Notes: generated from the letters alone by a model not told the origin. Counted from the first letter of the stretch, positions 23,971 through 37,325 are shown. The stretch is DNA of 64,000 nt from Octopus sinensis (GCF_006345805.1 NC_042999.1:96038001-96102000); one strand, 5' to 3'. Program-made: numbers and translations.

Positions 23971-25289
23971 TATTTGATATAATTGTTCTCTATCTAAATA
24001 TGTTATACTCATATATATTTAGTAATTAGTTATACAAGTTGCCTATTGAATATTATGAATTTTTAAATAGTGCTGTGTTACTACACACTGAAAGACATTT
24101 CTAAAAGAAAAGAAAATCACTGAAATATGAAGATTAGTATGGATATTCTATTTAAAAATTAAGTATAAAACATTTGTGCATTTGGTTTGTGTCAAGAGCA
24201 ACAAACATTCTTTCTCTAAAGCTGTGTTTTCATACACCAAATTAGTGGAATAAACTCTGAATCAGAGTAGAACATTTTTCACAATAATAGCAGACATGAC
24301 TATTAATTAATTCTGACACTGCACTACTTACTGGAAGGAAGGTAGTTATTAGAACATGAAACAAGATTCAGTATACATACTTCTGACCAATAAAATCCTG
24401 ACTCATACTGGAACTGTTTTCATTGAATTACATTGTTTACTTCTTTTTTTTTATTATTATTATTCCAATCTGGTCAGCATGTTTAGCAGATTTAATGAAA
24501 TAAGTCATAACATTAACTCTTTTGTTACCATATTTCCATTGAAATACATTGTCTTTGTTTCAATTAATGTTGCAAACAATGAATTTAGTAAAATAATTTC
24601 ATAATTATTTTAAACTGGTATTTCAAACATAAATCAACATGAAATTTTGATTGACTTTTTCTAAATTTAGATCATTTCTAAAATAAGAAGTTTGTATTTT
24701 GGGTGGATTGATATCAAAAGGGATAAAGAAGTTCAAAGATTACTAAAATTGAGAGGGCATGTGATGAAATTTGCTCATGATATATATTTGAGTATAGTTT
24801 AAAGTATATTTAAACATTGTATAAATTTTCATAAATATTTTGTTTCAGAGAACTTACTTTAAATTCCTTTCATTTATTTTCAAACAAAATTTGATTCTAG
24901 ATATAATGTTTTTACATACTTAGTTTTTAATTAATTAAAACTAAGATAGAATTTAAAGAAGAGAATCTGAGTGAATTTTATGCCTAAGTTAAACCAAACA
25001 AAAAATAGTGAGAAATCAAGAATAGGGACCTGGGTGGATATACTGCTGCCAGCTCAATTTACTCAGCTGAGTCTACTTCAAATCTCCCATGTTATTGTGG
25101 AGCACAGTATGAAGATATCATGTTGATTTGGTGAATTAGAATGGCACAAATAAATTGAATTTCTGATGGCATGTTATTTCATTATATCAACATGGCTTGG
25201 CTAGATTGATTGTATCTTAAACATCTCAAAAGAAAAGAATGATTCATTTCTAGCTTGTGGCATAGAATTCATTATATTCACTTTTTTAG

Positions 25290-25393
25290 CTGTATACACT
25301 GTCATCTTAACTATTTAACTTTGATGAAGAAAATCTCTGGTTTGATAATATGATAAAGAAAACTACCTAGCATGTTAAGTGAAATTGTTACAG
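25290..25393 (+). other. Candidate exon (104 nt; TGA TAA in frame, or 5'UTR + ATG)
   Basis: cttttttag| acceptor, CAG|gtatga donor; CIHCHLNYLTLMKKISGLII**RKLPSMLSEIVT. Confidence 0.4.
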
Positions 25394-25593
25394 GTATGAG
25401 CGTATCACTTAAATATTCAAGATTAAATATACTTTATTAGTACTAGTGTGTTTTGTAATAATACCTTATCTTATCTAACCTCTGTTTTATCAAATGTCAC
25501 TTTCATACATTTTAGTCAATGATAATAATCATATGCTAAAATATGTCTGAAGCAAGATATGATAAAATGCATACATGCATATGCCTGTATATG

Positions 25594-25636
<43 letters not shown>

Positions 25637-26134
25637 ACATACATACACACACACACATACACACCTTTTGTTAGAAGCTCAGGATTCTTGAATTGTAACT
25701 CTGTTCACATTTCAAGATACTTACACAATCAGAAGCATGAGACTTAGTCATGATTCAGAACAGTCATTAAAGTATCAGATAAAATGTCTTGCAATGTTTC
25801 TTCTGGCTCTCTGCACACTGGGTTGAAAAACCCTCAAAGGTGTCTTTGCCTTTCATCCCTTCAGAGTCAATAAATAAAATGCTAATCAAGGAAAGGAGTC
25901 ACTTCTTCCCTTATTCCCTCCACTTGCCACACTTTCAATAAGCTACATTTAAAAGGCGAAGGAACAAGTGTTCTCATTATAGCTTCTTCAGTCCTTTAGT
26001 AACCTCACCTCACCTCTCTATGAACGTGCTAAGTATGAAAGTTTCAGCTTCTCATATAACATACACAATGTACTTTACCTACTGAGTTCCTCTCTCCAAC
26101 TTGTTTCTAAAAACATGTGTGTTTGAGTATGGAT

Positions 26135-26194
<60 letters not shown>

Positions 26195-26216
26195 GTATGT
26201 GTGTGTGTGTGTGTGT

Positions 26217-26250
<34 letters not shown>

Positions 26251-26607
26251 TTGCATATGGCTTTCAAGTTTCAACTGCATCCAGTAGTGAGGCCCTAGTA
26301 TGAGAGTCCAGGATTTTGAAGGGAGTGGATCCACCTCTTAACCACTATTGTTCCCAGATCTACTAGCCTGTGAGACACTGGGAGTGAAGGACCTTTAGTT
26401 CTTCTTAGAGCTTCATTTTAGGAGAAGGTAAACTGGTACAATGTAACCAGAAGTATAGTTGGTTGCTGATGAAGTCAACTTCTGTTGTGCCACTGGTTTT
26501 ATTCCTGATTGCATTGAAAATGGGTTCAGTGCTGTGCAACATTCTATCTACTCCCAACAAATTCGTGCATAAATATACATTCATGCATACTATGATATTT
26601 ATATAAA

Positions 26608-26808
26608 CGTGTGCTTACCTACTGTTAGACATTCATATCTATGTATATACGAGTGGCACTATTTGTTAGTGAACAGTACGAACTGTGTTTTAAAGTAAAC
26701 AGTATTACTACGCCGTGTCTGAAGGTATATAGGTGTCGCTGCGCTGAGTGTGTGCAGTTCCTGTATTACGAAAAGTAAATAAACACGTAAACGAATATCC
26801 ATGCTTCG
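26608..26808. promoter_or_regulatory. CpG-retaining patch, possible promoter/first exon
   Basis: 11 CpGs in about 200 bp in otherwise CpG-poor DNA. A minus-strand donor AG|GTAAGC lies at 26619/26618 and a weaker plus-strand AAG|gtatat at 26724/26725. Confidence 0.3.
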
Positions 26809-28280
26809 TATTGAGTTGTCTATCCCAGCAGAAAGAAATAACACCTACATATATGTATATATACCATAAAAACCCATGTAATTTGTGCACCTGTGTAATT
26901 TATGCGGGTGAATTTCAGGATAAAATTTGTTAAAAAATAGCTTCTACTCATGTAAAATTCACACTAAAAAGTTTTCAGAATTGCTGATATGGCCTGGGGA
27001 AAAAGGTTTTCAATTTACTTGCATTTAGTATAACTTCACTTACTTATGATTGAATTTTATTAAATTTTCATTATATAAAAATAATGTCTGTTTAACAGGT
27101 TTCACATTGAAAGCTGTTAAATTACGAAGTGTCTATATTGTTTATAATAAACTTTATTTTACATTTCTTGCCCACAAGAGATTCTGTCCAATCTTTAGCA
27201 TATTTCTTTGTCTTCTCAAATCAAAATCAAAGGAAAAGTTGTTGATAATTCAACAAAAACAAAGCTGATAAATATGCACAAGTTTTGCAAAATAAGTTTA
27301 ATTACTAATAAACATCAGCATGGATGGCACTTTACTCAACCGACAGAGGAAGGTGACCAATCAAACTGATTATATAAACAGAATTCTGATTGGTCAAAAG
27401 TGTCTTCTTGTCTCAAGCTCTGATTTTCTGCCTATTCTTGTCAGAACCTTTAAAATAGAGTATCAAAATTTTAATCCTTTTCACTCTTATAAAATGTCAA
27501 GCAAACTTTTGTATAAGGTAAATGAAGGTTTCTGTAGGAATGCTAAGTCATATTTACTAAGTGAGTTTACATGTGTAAGGATGAATTATGATGTTATTGT
27601 CAGTGATTTCAGCAGTGATCAATTTCATTGTCCTAACATGGAGAAAGCGAGCAATAACTTCCTGGAGGCAAATGCAAGCTAGACTTCTTAAGTGAAGAAA
27701 AACTGATCTATTTAAGGAAATTGCTGGGCTTCATTGCGATAGGTAGAAACTCCAAGCAATGTAAAATATGGCCCAGACTGTGATTACCAGCATGAATGTC
27801 AAACTTCAAGAAGTATTTAACCATTTAATGGTTTTAGTAAATTTATACAGAAAAAGTAAGCATTATACTGTTCAGCATAAATAAAAGTCAACTTCATTAT
27901 ATTTTTTTCTGTAAAAACCTACTCTGACATTAAATGACTCAACTTCCCATATGAATGTTTACATTTGTACGTCAGTTTTCAGCAAAAAGAATTTCTAAAA
28001 AAATTTGGTAAATTTTGATCCTTTCCCCCACACGATTTTCACTATGAAAAAAAACTCGAATTTTTTGTGTGGAATCCAAACCTAATATGCTAATATACTG
28101 CAAACTCGTTTTTGTTCAGAAAAAATGTAGGGTGGGAAATTGGACCACCCACATATCCCAGAATCATTGGAATATTTTTTTTTTTGATAAATTCCGGTGA
28201 TCTAATATGCAACAAAATCCATTTTGGGGTCTGGAAAACGAGGTGGGGTGAGGTGGAAGCCTTGGAGATTTCACCCCCAT

Positions 28281-29314
28281 TGATCTTTTTATCCACACGA
28301 TTTTCACTAAGAAAATAAACTTGGATTTTTCTACATGGAATCAAGTACCCTGACCTAATATGCTGCAAACCCCTTACTTTTGTCCGGAAAAAAAGGCAAG
28401 GTGGGAAACCGCCCCCTCCCCTCTCACATCACAATATCATTGGAAATTTTTGTCTTTTCATTGACTGAATTCTGGTGATTTAATATGCTAAAAAACCCTT
28501 TTTGGGGTTGGGAAAATGGGGTGGGGTAGAATCCTCGGAAATTTCACCCCACCCCCATTTTCAAATATATTTGCTATTTCTTTCTTTACCCATAATTTTA
28601 GATAACATTTTGCAGAAATACATTTTCAAGAAAGTGTAGATTACATTAGATTGAAAATTCAAAGAACTTTGAAATGAATAAATGAAAGTGCAGAGGTTAT
28701 AGTAGTTAGTGGTAACAAAGTGTGTAGAGAGTTAACAAATGATAAACTCATCTAAAAAAAAAAAAACATGTAAAAGTTTTTGCATGTACATGTGAAATGA
28801 AGTAAAAGTATAATAATTACAAAATATCTTTTTTCTACCTCTTAAAATCACTGGATATGATATATATAATAATCCCAAATAGATTTTCCCGTTGCAATTT
28901 TTGGTGCCGAAATGAGTTTCATTTTTGTGCGGGGAGAGAGAGAGAGAAAGATAAAGAGAGAGTGGGTGAGTGAGAAAAAGAGAGAAAGAAAGAGAAAAAG
29001 TACCATTCGAGTGTGGTCGATGCTAGTGCTATCTGACTGGTCCCCTTGCCAATCACACTTTAAAAGTACCCACTACACTCTCTCAGTGGTTGGCATTAGG
29101 AAGGGCATCCAGCTGTAGAAACCTTGCCAGATTAGATTGGAGTTTTATTGCAGCTTCCTGGCTTGCCAGTCCTCAGTCAAACCATCCAACCCATGCCAGC
29201 ATGGAAAGCAGACGTTAAACGATGATGATGCTGTATAATGATATATATAATTATGATAGATTGTTACCCATTCAATGTTTAGGTAAATTTCATCACTCGC
29301 ACACTCTCTTTCTT

Positions 29315-29346
<32 letters not shown>

Positions 29347-29932
29347 AATGCAACTCATTTTGGCGCCAAAAAGCTGCTAAGGGAAAATCTATTTGGGATT
29401 ATTATATATATTATATCCAGTGATTTTAAGAGGTAGCAAAAAGATATTTTGTAATTATTATACTTTTACTTCGTTTCACACGTACATGCAAAAACTCTAA
29501 CATATATATTTTTTTTTATGAATTTATTGTTTGTTATCTCTCCACATACTTTGTTACCACTAACAACTATAGCCTCTGCATTTTCACTTACTCATTTCAA
29601 ACTTCTTTGAATTTTTAATCTAACGTAATCTATACTCTCTCGAAAATGTATTTCTGCAAAATGGATATGAAAATGGGGATGGGGGTGCCACCCTTTTTTC
29701 CTGACCCAAAAGAGGGTTTTGTAGCATATTAGTTCACCAGAATTGAATCAGTGAAAAAAAACAAAAATTTCCAGTGATTCTGTGATAGGTGGGGGTGGGG
29801 GCAGTTTCCCACCCTGCCTTATTTTTCAAACAAAAGTAAGGGGTTTGCAGCATTTTAGGTCAGGGTACTTGATTCCATGTAGAAAAATCCAAGTTTTTTT
29901 TCTTAGTGAAAATCATGTGGGTGAAAGAATCA
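28281..29932. repeat. Nested fold-back: arms 28281-28929 and 29343-29932
   Basis: Long clear reverse-complement alignment. An extra tandem copy of the about 265-bp subunit lies at 28015-28280. Confidence 0.9.
28995..29230 (+). mobile_element. (GAT)n-tailed SINE
   Basis: tggttggcattaggaagggcatccagctgtagaaacc...ggaaagcagacgttaaacgatgatgatg. Confidence 0.85.
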
Positions 29933-30748
29933 AATACCAAAAATTCTGGAAACCATCTACTCATGTAATTTATGCACCCATTAAAGTTTATTTTTCTTTT
30001 TGTGAAAAACAAGTACATAAATTACATGGGTTTTTACAGTATATATCTATCTATCTATATATATATGTAAAAATGTATGTGTATATATTTGTGTATGTAT
30101 AATACACACACACATACATGTATATACTAACCTAAGTAAATATAGCAAATTTGCTGATACAAATGTGTATGTTTCATAAAGAAACATTTATCCTCATTGT
30201 GTAAATTAAACTTAGTGGTTAAACTGTTGGGCTTTCTTTACAAATTGAGTAGTGAGTTAACTAGTTTCACCTGGTCATGATTGGCTTATCTAAAATATTT
30301 AGTTGTAATGCATATTGTTGTGACAGATTACTGATTGATAAATCATATATATATACTTATATGTATATATTTAATAAGCGTGCATTTAGTCTTACTGTAC
30401 AAATAGACCTTATTGTTAAACCACAAAGCTTTCTCTACAGAACAACCCGAAGAGCAGTTCTAGTTTTGCACTGTCATTTCTAGTTAATTGAAAGTGCTTG
30501 CTTAATTTGTTTTACTGATAGAGACTGTAGCTTACAATTACTTCTGAAAATGCAGTGAAAGGTAGACGCTACTTTTTTCTCAATTACACCTCATTATATT
30601 TGTTAGTCAAACTTATTCATTAGTGATGCATACATGTCACTGTTTCTGAATCTTTTTGTTTTTAAATATACATTTACCCCAAAAGACTCATATCTGTCAG
30701 TATATGCAATATATTTTTCTGCATCACTCACTTTGCTTATTTTAACAG

Positions 30749-30811
30749 ATATCATTAAATCAAATAGGACACCACAATATTCTGTAGAGGTTCTTTCAAA
30801 TGTGCTACCAT
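30749..30811 (+). CDS. Candidate coding exon (63 nt, phase 1 to 1)
   Basis: cttattttaacag| acceptor, |gtaaat donor; stop-free frame DIIKSNRTPQYSVEVLSNVLP. Confidence 0.45.
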
Positions 30812-31530
30812 GTAAATAACCAGTTTAACATATTCTGGCTTCATTTCTTTTCCTTTAAATTCTGAATATTGATTTATTACCATGACACATGTATAAAATA
30901 TCTTTAAAATTTAAACATTCTATGGTGTTATACTTTATATGTAACTGGTTTCATTTTTTTTCCAATAATGTTCCTGTACTAAGATGTTCCTTATCTGTAT
31001 GAGTCATGACATTTTGTGAACTGAAGTGATAAATAAGACAAGATCAATAACTAGTAGTCTTGCTCTACTAAATTTTCAGTTTCTTCATTTGGAAACATTG
31101 CTGCTACAGTTGCTTCCCTCTAAGCATTTGACATAGATAAATGCAATTTATTGACTGATGCCTGTTAGTGCTTTGCAGTTCTTCAGTTTCTGTCAACATC
31201 TTTAACCGACATATGGGCTACAATATGTCCCTGGCCTAAACATTTAGCTTTACAATTAGTTAATTACTTCACACATAAAAATATATGTCCATTGCTTGCT
31301 TGGAACTTTTCTGTTCACTTCCATTGCATTGCATGTTTATGAATGTAACAAGCAAATTTATTAATTGTATTACAGCAAGCAGAAATTGTTAAATAGTTTG
31401 TCAGCTCGAAACATGGACAAACACACACGTGCACAAACAAGTATGCATGTGCACAAATACACACACATACATACATGGTTATATTATCCAGCTTAAGGTG
31501 CTATATCACCTGCTACTTATTTTAATTTAG

Positions 31531-31672
31531 ATGGGATGGAGATAATACTAGATAATAAAACAATACTTGAAGGATGGACCAGGGACTGCTGGAGCAGCAA
31601 AAGCAGATACAAATGAAGCTGCCAAAGTGCCAAAGTTAATGGAAAGAGACCCGGCAGTTGTCTGCTGCTGAG
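31531..31672 (+). pseudogene. Candidate frameshifted exon (142 nt)
   Basis: ttttaatttag| ... GAG|gtttgt; markedly GC-richer than flanks. No single open frame; YGMEIILDNKTIL continues in another frame as KDGPGTAGAAKADTNEAAKVPKLMERDPAVVCC*. Confidence 0.4.
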
Positions 31673-31773
31673 GTTTGTTAAGTAATGTTCATTTACTCAC
31701 CTTTACACATTCAGTTTATATCTTAATAATTTGAAACCAAAAAATTGCATCTTTCCATAAAATTATTTTACTA

Positions 31774-32250
31774 CATCATCATCATCGTTTAACGTTCGTT
31801 TTCCATGCTGGCATGGGTTGGACGGTTTGACTAGGGACTGGCAAGCCAGGAGGCCGCACCAGGCTCCAATCTGATCTGGCAGTGTTTCTATAGCTGGATG
31901 TCCTTCCTAATGCCAACCACTCTGAGCATATAGTGGGTGCTTTTTACATGCCACCAGCATGGGAGTCAGTCAGGTGGCACTGGCATTGGCCACTTTCGGA
32001 TGGTGCTTTTTATGTGCTACCGGCACAGGAGCCATTTGGGGCGGGGGGGGGGGGGGTACTGGCGTCGACCATGTTAGGATGGTGCTTTTTATGTGCTGCC
32101 AGCACAGGGAGCCAGTCAAGCAGAACTGGCAATGACCCATGCCTGCATTGTGCTTATTGCATGCCACCAGCATGGGAGCCAGTCAGGTGGCACTGCCATT
32201 TGATTGTGATTTGATTTGTTTTGATTTTACTTGACTTAATAGGTCTCCTC
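31774..32250 (-). mobile_element. (GAT)n-tailed SINE, diverged, with expanded subrepeats
   Basis: Same family as 7087-7482. Confidence 0.85.
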
Positions 32251-34058
32251 AAAAAGTACCTTTTAAATGGGCTGGTCATGTAACACTGGTGTAGGAAAAT
32301 ACTTTTGTGTGTGAGAAATAGATATCTCTTAGAATAATTGAAATTGAGGGATTGGTAAGTGAAATATAAACAATACTCAATAACAATGGCTAGTCATTGA
32401 GTCATGATTTTATTTGTTGTGATTGAGCATGAAAACAAAGAGCATCAGAGTTCCTGACATGATATCTCTTCTATTTTGCTTTTTAAACTCCTGATTTTAT
32501 CTACTGTCCTCATGAAAAGCCATTTCTAACAAACTCTGAAAAGATATTTGATATTGGTCTAGTTGTAAATTTTTTCAAGTATGACCAAGTTTATCAAATT
32601 ACAAGGCTCCATTTTCTTGTTTTCTTCATGCCAAATTATAGATAAAAAAGTAAAGATATACTGGAAATTTTCAAGATTGATACTCGAGTCATGACTTTAT
32701 TCAATGTTTCTGACTTCACTAATCTTTCTTGTTTACTAACATAAAATTATTTGTCATAACATTCCTTTTATTTCTTGATCTATTATACTTTCTTTGCAAA
32801 CTTTTAGTATAATTTCCCTAATGATAATAAATATCTTATCTCTTTCAGAATCTCTTAATACCTCCCAGCTAATCTCATTTACATACAATATTTGATATTA
32901 GAATTCTTATAAATTCAGTTGAGTAAAATGTTTGTGTGTATATATATGTGTATATAAGTGTGTGTGTGTGATAAAATATTATATTAATAAAAGGATATAT
33001 TTCGATAACCCTTGTACATACATTTTTATGTTATTTGAAAAGTATTTAAAAAGTAAATATTTAAAAACAAATATAATTTCCTCAGCAATTGAAATCAAAA
33101 TAAATGCTTGAAATGAAGAAAAATATAGCATTCGTTGTTACAAGTTGAAGAATGCAAACCATATGGTTGATGTAAGAAAAACGAAATAGATAGAACAAAG
33201 AAAATAAAACTGGAAAAACAAAAATAATGGTCAAAACAAAATGTGAAAGATGGATGTCTAATAAATTAATGTTCCCACACACATACATATATATGTATGT
33301 ATGTTTGTATATGTGTGATATCAAATATGTTAAGGATGTATTCTCTTTCACTTGTTTTGAATAACTCTTTTTTCATGTCCATTATTCACTACAATGCAAC
33401 ATGATCCTCTAATGTATTTGAAGTAATCAGAAGTAATCATTTTCAGTATTAGCTATATCATTGCTTGATTTCTACTGCCATCAAATTGCAAATTAGTTTT
33501 TAAAATTTGTTTAAACTAAATAGCAGAATATATCTATTATTTGCTTTCACAAATTTTGTTTTCTCTGCTCAAAGTTGTATGATCCTAGAAATGACTTTTG
33601 TTTTAAATGAAATATATTTAAAGTACTTTCAACCATAAACATAGCATTTTGTTAATCTTACAGAAGTTTCGCTTCTTATACATTCTTAAACTGAGATATT
33701 TTCAGGTCTTTATATCTCTCTAGATTTCATCTGCTATTTATTGAATCTCATTCTTTATGTCCATGTTTTACTGTATTTGCTTCTCTTCCCTAACAATACT
33801 ATCTTACAAGATTTTTTTCCACTTTACTGATTTCTGTTTTATTTCTATTCTGTTTCTGATTGATGGATTTCTACTCCAACATGGTTAGCTACTTTTAAAA
33901 TTATATTTATTTTTTTACTCCTGTTTTCTTGTCTCCATGCTTGGATATCTTTATTGTGAACACAAGTTGACCTGCTCCCAATACTAATGTTTAGTTAGTT
34001 ATTGTTGTTGCATATGTATCAATTAAAAATATACAAATTTATCAGAAAACTAACATAG

Positions 34059-34116
34059 TTATTTGAGCTGATTTCCTAAATTCGCCTGGCAATTCTCACA
34101 ATAACAAAGCTACCAT
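34059..34116 (+). other. Candidate exon (58 nt, phase 1 to 2, one TGA)
   Basis: Strong |gtaagt donor, weak acceptor (ctaacatag|); I*ADFLNSPGNSHNNKAT. Confidence 0.3.
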
Positions 34117-34616
34117 GTAAGTCCCCTCACCATTTGGCATTTGGGTGTGCCTTTGCTTTGTTGCTGCACTATCAATATGGTCTTAGAAAGTGGGTGGTAG
34201 GAAAAAACAAAGCCAAAGCTGCATGACAGCCAGCTAAAAAGGGTAACCAAACTGTCCCTTACAGGAAAATTTGTATATGTATGTGTGATAATAATTCATG
34301 TTTAAAGACTGTAAATGTTTCTGAAACTTGCATAGTTTGAAAGTATTATAAAAGAGATATACTAATTGGGCAATTCTTGAGTTTCAGGCGTTACTTTAAA
34401 TTTCATTGCAGATGAAAATCATTTTTCTATCATGACTGGTTTATTCTGAGGTCATTTCGCAGCCAAATTCTTTGTCATAAACTTAGTTTATTTTGGCATA
34501 GTTGTTATATATGTACGCACACATGCACGCTCGTATGTATGTATGTAGAAAAAGAAAAGGAAAAGATAAGAAAGGTTCTCTAACAATGCAGGAAGTTTAC
34601 TAAAACCTTTATATTT

Positions 34617-34671
34617 AGGTGCAAAAGCCCATCCTCAGATGGATGCAGTCTGAGGATGGGCCTTTGCACCT
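34617..34671. ncRNA. Pre-miRNA-sized hairpin (23-bp stem, 9-nt loop)
   Basis: AGGTGCAAAAGCCCATCCTCAGA-tggatgcag-TCTGAGGATGGGCCTTTGCACCT; 22/23 positions pair. Expression is unknown. Confidence 0.3.
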
Positions 34672-36059
34672 GGAAAGAAAAAAGAAAACAATTCAATTCA
34701 ATCTCTGGACTCCATCAGGTGTCTTATTCCTGAATATGGTCAGTAGTTTAGTGGATAAGGATATCACTAAATTTTGATGAGTTCAATAGATGTAGTGTGA
34801 ATAAAATTATTATAAATGTTTATATAAAATAAGAGTTAATAATCTAGGAAATTATGAATCCCATTTTAAATAGTTTAACTTTTAACCAACTCCATTTAAG
34901 GTACTGGTGGTGTTTGATCTCAGCCAGCCCTGGTCAAAGGCATTCCCACCATGACTACTGTCAATTTTTGTAAGACATAATACATTTAATATGGAAGGGT
35001 TTTTTTTTTGCATATTTTTGAAGTAGGTGTGGTATAATACAAAGCGATTTTAATGCTATTTATAACAGATCAAGACACCACTTTCATGTTTCTGTCTTGA
35101 CTCATTCACATTGTGTGTGCATATTCTGAGTATGCGTGAATGTGTGTTGTATCAGTTGGAATGGAGATTATGATAAGATTAATCTTAAACCTTCTTGAGA
35201 ATACCTCTGATATCTTTGAGTTTGTTCTTTGTGAATGTCATAGTTTTGTAATCTTTATATGTGTGTGTTATACTGTGTGTCTGTGTTACTCTTTGTGAGT
35301 GTATGCTCATTTATATATTAGTTTTTCACTGATTACAAAACAAAACAAGTTGCTGAATGACAAAAGTTAGATGTATTTAACTAAGATCATTGTAAAAAAA
35401 AAAATAGAGCTGAAAATAAATTGTGCTAAAATTAGTTAAAAATCATAAACAATGTTTTTTCAACCAAAACAAAAAGTTCAACTTCAGCTTAACTCCATGA
35501 TTCCTACGTGGAACAAATCATTGTTTTAAGTCCCCCAGTAGTTCAAACTTCTACACTTGTTGACCTTTTATAAGTATATGAGATAATTTTATGTGTGCAT
35601 GCTTGTGTGTGTGTTGATGTATCTGTAAATTTTGTTTGTTTGCTTTTGTGTAATTGTGTTATGTTTCCTACTGTCTGATGCACATGTGCATACAAAAAGT
35701 TAAAAGAAGGGCCCTATTATTTCCAGATTTTCTTTATCAGGCTTTTTCTTTTTTCTTGTTTTTTTTTTGCATAACTATATATCATGAACTGAGATTTTTC
35801 ATAGATTAGCTACTTGAATCAAGGATATCTTTCATTGGCATTTGTACAAGATGTTCTTGATGGCCCATTTACAACATATTTGCTATTATTATAATAGTGG
35901 TATCATGGGGAACTAGGTGTCTTGTCTTTACATATCTTTCTTTGTGATGGGGTAAAATTCTGCCAGAATAAGCTTCACTTTTCTTCTCCCTGGGATTGGT
36001 AAAATAAGTATCATTTATATTGTAGTGTTAATTTAATTGAATACACACTGCTGCTTCTA

Positions 36060-36308
36060 TTGGGTTGGTGCGTAATTATTGTGGCTTTATTTCAACAAAT
36101 TTTATTCAACAAAAACAATAACAATATTTAAAAAAAACATCTTTAAATGATGGTCTGACCATCTGCCAAGCAAATGGGAAGCAGTAATTGAAGTAGATGG
36201 TGAATATGCTCTGGAATAATCATTTAAAGATGTTTTTGTTACATGTTGTTATTGTTTTTGTTGAATAAAATTTGTTGAAAAAAGCTGCAATAATTATGCA
36301 CCAAACAA
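36060..36308 (+). mobile_element. Mariner-derived MITE
   Basis: TA-flanked TIRs TTGGGTTGGTGCGTAATTATTG / CAATAATTATGCACCAAACAA extend into about 90-bp arms. The centre encodes LPSKWEAVIEVDGEYA, matching the mariner C-terminal L..RW..VI...G.Y. Confidence 0.85.
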
Positions 36309-37325
36309 TATTAACATACTTTACACCATTGAGTTAATACTTAAGATGGGAACTTTTATTATAGATTATATTCCCTTATCGGGCCACTTCTACAGAAATA
36401 ATGAAAAGCTATTCTTTGATAAGTGTTTAATTCTAATTCTAAGACTTCAAATTTTAATATCTGTTTTAACTTTTGTCGTCTATAAGTGTAATTATCTGAA
36501 CTAGTTGATATTTTTCAACATGATGATGCAATTTATGGTCAAGTTAAAACTTCTGTATTTGTTGTAGTTTAATATTAGGAAAAACACTTCTTTGCCTGCT
36601 TCAGACTACATAGTGAACAACTGATTTAAGTGCACACCAATTTCATGCATGTTTGATTAGCATTTAAATGATCTTCCAGCTTTGACAATTCATCAAATAA
36701 TATTCCAATATCCAAATTTACAAAGCTATTTTCACTCAAAGTAGCAAGTTGGACTAGATAACAATGAAAATATAATAACTAACAGTCTACTGCAGCTGTA
36801 ATAATAGTCCTTGTTCAAATATCTTTTAAAACTAATTTGATATTTAAATCCACTGCTACAAATCTGCTCTTGATTTAATTGGATTAGAGGGGCTCTTTTG
36901 TACATCAATGCAAAGCCATACACATTCTCCCCAAAATCTTCCTCCTGTTATTTCCAATCCTCTTGTTGCATCTCTTCTAGCTTACACTATTGAAATTACA
37001 TAGCACTGTTATTTGGTAAGGAAATGTTATTATCAGTGTGGAAATTCTCAGGATTATATCAATCTTATTGATAAATGTTGATAGTGGGTCAGTCTCATTA
37101 TTTGTAAGAAAACATCTTTGATCACATTTGGTTAAGGTAATTTTGATGCATCTTTCCGTGTTTTACTGATATTATTTCATTACACAGCAGAATGGTGTGG
37201 AAAAATGTAGTAGTTCTTAAATGTGCAGCTTTTGGTAGAAATAAATTGTTTCTTGTATAGAGAAGAAAAAGTAGCCTCATGGGAAAGTTTTTTATGAATA
37301 TGTTAATATGTTGTACAACTTTCAG

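Larger units (their letters stand above)
26864..30039. mobile_element. 3.2-kb TIR DNA transposon (Tc1/mariner-pogo-like ends), non-autonomous or decayed
   Basis: 27-bp TIRs CCATAAAAACCCATGTAATTTGTGCAC and (rc) CTGTAAAAACCCATGTAATTTATGTAC are 23/27 identical. Each is flanked by TA. Confidence 0.65.

Noticed and set aside
27320-27682. 120-aa plus-strand ORF
   Set aside because: No recognisable domain, and it lies inside the TIR element. A different frame only faintly recalls a transposase N-terminus, so it is not called.
32038-32057. Long G-run (possible G-quadruplex)
   Set aside because: A homopolymer expansion inside a SINE subrepeat; no independent support for function.
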